A DNA stretch of 64,000 nt from an uncultured virus (IMG/VR IMGVR_UViG_3300025701_000008) (lineage: Duplodnaviria; Heunggongvirae; Uroviricota; Caudoviricetes), in IMG/VR virus record IMGVR_UViG_3300025701_000008; one strand, given 5' to 3'. The notes beneath the pieces were generated by a model. That model was not told where the DNA came from, searched no databases, and saw only the letters and a list, made by a program, of their open reading frames with translations. A program made the position numbers and the translations under genes. This document shows positions 62,714 to 64,000 of this stretch, one piece after another (within the stretch, counting starts at the first letter, position 1; each line of letters starts with the position of its first letter).

Positions 62714-64000
62714 TTATATCTCCAAATCGTCTTCGTCGTCAGAATTAGCATTTTCAGCCTCAACTTCTTTACGCATATTTTCTATGTCTTCATCATCAAA
62801 CATCATTACATTTTTCATTACCCACTCGCGTGAGAAATATTCACCTACATATTGAGAAATCTGATCCATAGTCTGTAGACGTTCTCGTAACAACTCAGCG
62901 TCTTTTAATTCAGAGAAGTGATTATCTCGATTAAAGTCAATCTGAATTTGGTTCTTCCAACTTTCCCAATCTTGTTCAGTACATACACCCGTCAATATTA
63001 ATTGTTTCTTGAGGATACCTATAAACAACTGAGAAAACTTTTTACGTAATCTGTCAATAAACTTCTGGAACTTTATTTCGTCTCGGCCAATCTCGGTAGA
63101 CCTACCTAAACTAAATTGACTCTCTTGTTCTAGTCTATTTAGAGGAACATTAAGTGAGCGATATAACTTCTTCTGGAAGTATATGATGTCGTCAATCTGT
63201 CCTAGGTTTTCACCGCCAGGTAGTGTACTAATCTCAGTACCACGACCACCTTCACGACGAGGTAACCAGAAATCTTCGAGCATAGACATGTGTTTTTTGT
63301 CGTCTTTAATTTCACCAGTATTTGCGTCATATACAACTTTATTGCGATACCTAGACATAATGTCTTTGATATGTTGTTCTGCTTTACCTTTAGGTAAGTT
63401 ACCCACGTCAATATAGAATATGCGACGTTCAGGCGCACGAGACATACGATAGATAACTAACGAGTCTTCCATCATACGTAATTGGTTTACAGGTTTAATT
63501 GCTTTTTGTAAGTAAGATAACACACGTGTCTTCGAGGAATCTAATAGTCCTGAAGTAACATATGAGATAGAATCTGGGGTAAGTCTAATACCGTTGTTAG
63601 CACCAGCTCGTTCTTGAAATATGTAGAAATCTTTAGTCTTATCTACGACCTTGGCACCGGTTTTAGGGTCTTTCTTATACTCCACCTCTTTTACCTTGCG
63701 AACCTTTGTCGCATCAATAGGGCGGATTTCTTGAATACCTGACTTGAGGTTTGATTCATTAACTACTAAATGATGATATAGTCGACCGTCAATATACCAT
63801 GCTTTAAATATGTCATGTCCATATTCTTCAAAGTTCAGCATTGCTTTGATATTATCAAATTCTTCACTAATGGTTTTCTTTATTTTATCTGGAGCATCAA
63901 CCTTATCTAGATTTAATGATAAAGACGACTCCAGTTCACTAGCGACAATACTTTCATTAATAATATCTTCAATTGCTGCGTCAACTTCTGGATGCTCAGC
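62714..64000 (-). CDS. 20: Portal protein gp20 (5' part lies beyond the window)
   Basis: WYIDGR, IYRMSRAPERRIFYIDVGNLP, EDFWLPRREGGRGTEI; frame stays open to the window end. Confidence 0.97.
   Translation of the reverse strand, partial: AEHPEVDAAIEDIINESIVASELESSLSLNLDKVDAPDKIKKTISEEFDNIKAMLNFEEYGHDIFKAWYIDGRLYHHLVVNESNLKSGIQEIRPIDATKVRKVKEVEYKKDPKTGAKVVDKTKDFYIFQERAGANNGIRLTPDSISYVTSGLLDSSKTRVLSYLQKAIKPVNQLRMMEDSLVIYRMSRAPERRIFYIDVGNLPKGKAEQHIKDIMSRYRNKVVYDANTGEIKDDKKHMSMLEDFWLPRREGGRGTEISTLPGGENLGQIDDIIYFQKKLYRSLNVPLNRLEQESQFSLGRSTEIGRDEIKFQKFIDRLRKKFSQLFIGILKKQLILTGVCTEQDWESWKNQIQIDFNRDNHFSELKDAELLRERLQTMDQISQYVGEYFSREWVMKNVMMFDDEDIENMRKEVEAENANSDDEDDLEI

Noticed and set aside
62..63416. 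Plus-strand ORFs in the six-frame track
   Set aside because: All are antisense shadows of well-supported minus-strand genes, with no recognisable motifs.
1..64000. GATC also looks sparse
   Set aside because: Sites clearly exist (for example near 3284, 3667, 24696, 59641) and I cannot quantify depletion by eye; it needs a k-mer count.

Overview
This is a 64 kb segment of a T4-like (Tevenvirinae/Kyanoviridae-like) myovirus genome, probably aquatic and infecting a proteobacterium (inferred). Essentially all genes are on the minus strand. From the window end backwards it holds the head module (gp20 partial, gp67/68-like, gp21, gp22, gp23, gp3), uvsY-uvsW, g55-g47-g46-g45-g44-g62-regA, hsp20, g43, uvsX-g40-g41, four tRNAs, a late cluster of probable capsid-internal proteins, nrdA/nrdB, early genes and a T4-type lysozyme. 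T4 late promoters (TATAAATA) and sigma70-type early promoters are easy to see. Main leads: (1) a self-contained operon of a C5 DNA methyltransferase with Asn->Arg in motif X plus a CmoA-like carboxy-SAM synthase, suggesting cytosine carboxymethylation; (2) apparent genome-wide avoidance of GGWCC, with a SinI/Eco47II-like nuclease nearby; (3) about nine proteins with T4 capsid-targeting N-termini, including a ligase-fold protein, an HxGH nucleotidyltransferase and a P-loop kinase; (4) an NrdA with an inserted glutaredoxin; (5) a di-haem peroxidase lipoprotein between two tRNAs; (6) a structured ncRNA, a ROSE-like thermometer and a lone antisense promoter. All calls come from reading motifs by eye; no searches were run.
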